From NCBI RefSeq assembly GCF_009914755.1, contig NC_060929.1: a DNA stretch of 64,000 nt. The stretch is one strand, 5' to 3'. The translations under genes were made by a program, and so were the position numbers. Positions 59,528 through 64,000 of the stretch are shown piece after piece. Under the pieces are notes generated by a model, which saw only the letters and a list, made by a program, of their open reading frames with translations, searched no databases and was not told the DNA's origin. Source of the stretch: the human T2T-CHM13v2.0 reference genome, Homo sapiens. Each line of letters begins with the position of its first letter. The stretch's first letter is position 1.

Positions 59528-60638
59528 TAGTGGACAACATGATATTATTTTTCCATTAAGATTTCATTCAAGTACAGCTCTTTAATAGTAACTTTTGCTG
59601 GGTGAGAAATGCAAATTCAAATAAAGCAAAAGAAATTAAAAGATGGCGTGCTTCTAATAGCTCACCAGTAGAACTAATGTTACAGAATTTCTAAAACTTC
59701 TAGCTTGCAAAGTTAACTTTCCTGATTTTTATTTAGTTCAGTAACTATGAAATATGTGTTTATGGTAAAAACAAAAAGTGAGGATTATGAAATAAAAATG
59801 AACAAAAAGAAAAACTTACAAATGCCCCTTACTTAGGCTGTTACGCTCTCGTAATGAAAAAGTAAGTATGCTTGGAATTTGTAGGGTGCTGGCAGGGCTA
59901 ACGTTAACAAACACATTGAAAAGTTAAATGTTTAATATGTACACGCTTAAAATAAGATTTAGTTTTTATTTAAACTAGCTCACTAAATCAGCCTGTATTT
60001 ATGGAGAAAGCAATAGAATTTAAGAAATCATTTACCCTTTGAATATTTCACCCTTTCCAAATTTATAAAATTAAGCTCTTAACAGAGTTGTTTTGGTTTT
60101 AGAATCAGAAATCCTTTGTTGATTTGTCTATTTTAGGAGGGAAGCTGTCAAACTTTTTCCGTTTTAATAAAAAATGACTTACGGTTTTATCTTTCATCAA
60201 GTCTTTCTTTCATCTCCAGAGGATCACAAGGATAATTTGGGTGAACGATGCCGTCTGGAATAGGAATAGTATCTTCTAAATGTGTTGCTATAACTTTCTA
60301 CAAGTTAGTAACCATTACTTTTCAATGTGCAGTAGAAATACTGTTCCGCTGCCTTGTCATTGAGGCTCTTGTTAGGTTGTTTGGAAAGATTAACCCTGGA
60401 ATTGCTCTTTGTAGGCTATTTCAGAGTACATTGTATTTATAGTGGTTTAGTCTACTAATTTTCTACTGGATAGATTAATGGTGAGAAATAGTTTTCAGTA
60501 AGGTTCTGTGGCTTAAAATATTCTTGAGTAAAGTCTGCATTTCTAACTATAAAGCTTCAGAGAATATAATTTTAGATATTATCACAGAGTGACACTGTAG
60601 TCCAACTATAGTCCAAAGTATATATTTATTTTTTTCAG

Positions 60639-60763
60639 AACGTGGTGTAGTATGGGAAGAAACTATTATTTTGCTTCCTGATAACGTCCACTATGTCTTT
60701 CTTTCGGCTACTATTCCAAATGCCCGACAGTTTGCTGAATGGATTTGCCATTTACATAAACAG
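60639..60763 (+). CDS. MTREX: MTREX coding exon 8 (125 nt): SAT motif III
   Basis: tttcag|AACGTGG ... AAACAG|gtattt; [42 protein letters not shown]. Confidence 0.96.
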
Positions 60764-60884
60764 GTATTTTTTCCTCCTTTTTTGATGTCTTCAATATTCA
60801 AAATGTTACAGATTAGTCTTGCTTTACTCTCCCTTTGCTTTTCTCCTGATGTTGTCCAGAATAATAAAAAAAACATTTTAATGG

Positions 60885-61065
60885 TAAACTGCTTCTCAAA
60901 TCAAGCAGCTTATCAAAATCAACTGACTGACTTTTTAGAAATGTTGATTTCTGAGCCCCATCTCAAACCCACTATATCTAAATCTCAGGTAATAGTGCCT
61001 TGGGAACTCCAATTTTAAAAATTCCCCAAGTTGATCTGATGATCTGCCAGGTTTAGAAACTACTG
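60885..61065. mobile_element. MER5-like hAT element
   Basis: ctgcttctcaaa...gatttctgagccccatc...ttttaaaaattccccaagttgatctgatg...tttagaaactactg. Confidence 0.6.
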
Positions 61066-61829
61066 CATTTACTCAAATAGTTATCCATGAGTACACAGAA
61101 TTTCCCCTAATGCCTTGGTGCCAGGAAAAGCTGGGCATCTCTGGAGCATTTGATTTGATTTTTCTCATGTAAACACAGACTTTTTACTGACTTTCTGTTA
61201 TTGCCTTTCTAGTCTGACTTTAGCGTCTGTATATGCTTGTAATAGGCATTTGTTTATGTATACTGAATTTATTCTTGCTTTTATTTTTCTGCCCTTAATT
61301 TTCCTTTACACTGATGTTCTCATGAACTTATCTGTTTATAAGCTCCCTGATCGTGTTTTTATGGCATTCTCCCATATTGCTTCTGTAGGATAGAAAAATC
61401 CAATGGATCTTGGGGAGAAGCTAGATCAAGTGCTGCTTTATACTAAGGTTTTGAAAAGCCTGGGTGGGGCAGAAAAGTTCCATTTTACTTCATGGATCCT
61501 TTGTATCACCGTATACCTCCTCTATAGAAAAATAAGCATCTTTCCGTAATTACAGCATTCCAGGGCTAGGTAATGGGTAGTTGATGCTCAGGTCATGTAT
61601 TTAGCCCTGGTTAGGGAATTGGTAAGTTGGGAAGATGGTAGTATAATTTCATAGACCTAATTTTTCTACGTTTTTCTCTTGCCTGGGTTTTAGTGAATTT
61701 TTTGAAGTGTTTTCTTTTTGAAATGTTGAATTCATTACTTGATTTTCTTAAGATCTTTTAGGTTGGACTAAGATACAGTTTTATTTTGAGGAAATAAAAT
61801 TTTGTATGTTTAATTCTTTCTTTTTACAG

Positions 61830-61928
61830 CCTTGTCATGTTATTTACACAGATTATCGGCCCACTCCATTGCAACACTACATTTTTCCAGCAGGGGGAGA
61901 TGGCCTGCATCTTGTGGTTGATGAAAAT
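61830..61928 (+). CDS. MTREX: MTREX coding exon 9 (99 nt)
   Basis: ttacag|CCTTGT ... GAAAAT|gtaaga; [33 protein letters not shown]. Confidence 0.96.
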
Positions 61929-62401
61929 GTAAGAGAGTAATTGTCCTTTTTAAATCTATAATGTCATACTTTATTATTAATATCTTGTTGTTGTTGTTTT
62001 TAAATTTTGAATTAGAGAAGAATGGAAAAGATACATTTGTTTGTCTTAGTTTTAATCAATCGATCTTGATTTTTTTGTGTGTTTTTATTTCAAACATTAT
62101 GTTTGAGACTTGTGTTTTTCTTATGCATGAATCAGATTTCCCTCCTTTCCCAGTATTTAAAAATACCTAGAGAATAGGGGTTCTGGACATGTTTCAGATA
62201 TCTTATGTTTTGCTTTTCTTCATTTTTTATTCCTTCTTTTTCACCTTTTAATACCTCTTACCACAGATCATGTTTGGACTATTTTAGTGGCTTTCATTAT
62301 TATACTAAATTATTTTTATTTGGGGAAGCCTTATGTATGAAAAATGTTTGAATTATGATTAAGTATTAGTGAAGTTACACAGAAAAAATTTGTGATTCCA
62401 G

Positions 62402-62504
62402 GGTGACTTCAGAGAAGATAATTTTAATACTGCAATGCAAGTGCTTCGAGATGCAGGTGATTTGGCCAAAGGAGACCAGAAAGGGCGGAAAGGAGGAACA
62501 AAAG
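62402..62504 (+). CDS. MTREX: MTREX coding exon 10 (103 nt)
   Basis: ttccag|GGTGAC ... AAAAG|gtaatt; GDFREDNFNTAMQVLRDAGDLAKGDQKGRKGGTK. Confidence 0.94.
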
Positions 62505-62649
62505 GTAATTTGGAACTTTGCTTTGAGAGAATTTTACATGTAAATTGTATATTCAGATTACTCTGATATTTTTTGTCTTAGTTTTTTTTTCTCAAGCTAT
62601 GTAAAGGTCTAGACGATATGTGATAAAATTGGATAAATATTTATCTTTT

Positions 62650-64000
62650 TTGTATGACATTAAGTATAATTTACATACTATAAAATTCACTCATCTAAGT
62701 ATACAATTCAGTAGTCTTTAGTATATTTACAGAATTGTGCAGCCATCACCACTGTCTAGTTCCAAAATATTTTCATGAACCCAAAAAGAAACCCTGTACA
62801 CATTAACAGTTATTCTCCCTTTTCCCCCAACCTTTCCCTTCTCATCCCGCAGACTTAGTTAATCATTAGCCTGTTTTCGATCTCTGTGGCTTTCCCTTGT
62901 CTGTGCATTTCATGTTTGGAGCAACTGGCTTCTTTCACTTAATGTAATGTTTTCAAGGTTCGTTACTTTTAATTTTTTTTTTTTTTTTTTTTGAGACAGT
63001 GTCTCGCTCTGTCACCCAGGCTGGAGTACACTGGTGCTGTCTTGGCTCATTGCAACTTTCTGCCTCCTGGGTTCAAGTGATTCTCCTGCCTCAGCCTCCC
63101 AAGTAGCTGGGATTATAGGCACCTGCCACCATGCCTGGATAATTTTTGTATTTTTAGTAGAGACGGGGTTTCACTGTGTTGGCTAGGCAGATCTCAAACT
63201 CCTGACCTGAAGTGATATGCCCATCGTGGCCTCCCAAGTGATGGGATTACAGGTGTGAGCCACTGTGCCCGGCTATTTTGTTCATTTTATGCTATATGTA
63301 CTCATTCCTTTTCATGGTTAAATAACATTCCATTGTATGGATATACCACATTTTGTTTCTCCATTCATCATTGGATGGACTTTTGGGTTTTTCTGGTTTT
63401 TGACTGTTAGGAATGCTGTTGTAAACATTGATGCATGTACTATTTAATACAAGTTTTTGTGTGAATAGGTGTTTTCCTCTGGATATGTACCTAGGAGTGG
63501 AATTGCTGCACCATGTGGAAAGTCTATGTTTCACCTTTTGAGAAACTGCCAAAGTATTTTCCAAAGTGGCTATACCATTTTACATTTCCTTCCAGGAATG
63601 TGTGAGGGTTCCATTTTCTCTATATCCTTTGTATCACCGTACTCCTCCTCCATAGAAACAGAGGCATCTTTCTGTAATTACAGCATCCCTGGGCTAGGTA
63701 ATGGGTAAATGAAACAGATTATGTATTTTGCCCTGATTTCCCATTTGGAAAGATGGTGGTATAATTTGATGGATCTAATTTTTTCACATATAATTTTTCC
63801 ACGATACTTAGTATTGTATGTCTGATTATAGTCATCCTATTGAATGTGAAGTGGTATCTTAATGTGGTTTCAGTTTACATTTCCCTGGTGGCTAATGATG
63901 TTGAACATTTTTTCATGTGCTTATTGGCCATTTGCATATTCTTTCTCTATTTTAAAAGTATGTTTTTTTATTGTTGTTGTTGAATTATGATAGTTCTTTA
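62650..64000 (-). mobile_element. L1MB/MC-type 3' end, interrupted by an Alu and by a copied intronic segment
   Basis: tataaaattcactcatctaagtatacaattcagt...; ORF 63292-63564 PKSPSNDEWRNKMWYIHTMECY (ORF2 C-terminus). Confidence 0.85.
62973..63274 (-). mobile_element. Alu (AluS)
   Basis: Antisense full-length Alu nested in L1. Confidence 0.92.

Overview
Human (primate) genomic DNA, not prokaryotic. The window holds the 5' parts of two RNA helicase genes arranged head-to-head on one CpG-island promoter. DHX29 (DEAH-box translation initiation/scanning helicase) is on the minus strand with coding exons 1-11 (ATG at 24880, continuing off the left edge). MTREX/SKIV2L2/MTR4 (Ski2-like nuclear exosome helicase) is on the plus strand with coding exons 1-10 (ATG at 25321, continuing off the right edge). 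All 21 exons were traced by hand with GT-AG boundaries, and they join in frame (DHX29 1965 nt, MTREX 1108 nt). A young AluYb8 insertion supports human origin (locus recalled as chr5q11.2). The introns contain about 30 Alus plus L1, L2, MIR, MaLR LTR and hAT/Tigger DNA-transposon remnants; repeat boundaries and subfamilies are by eye and approximate. Most ORF-track entries are Alu/L1 or CpG-island artefacts. I see no clear new multi-gene system. The most interesting signals are: an in-frame AUG-UGA start-stop and a strong-context GUG in the leader of the scanning helicase DHX29, facing a TISU-like short leader on MTREX; a hairpin-forming intronic segment copied into an L1 two introns downstream; several template-switch/foldback mosaics; and a mirror-image Alu strand bias around the promoter.
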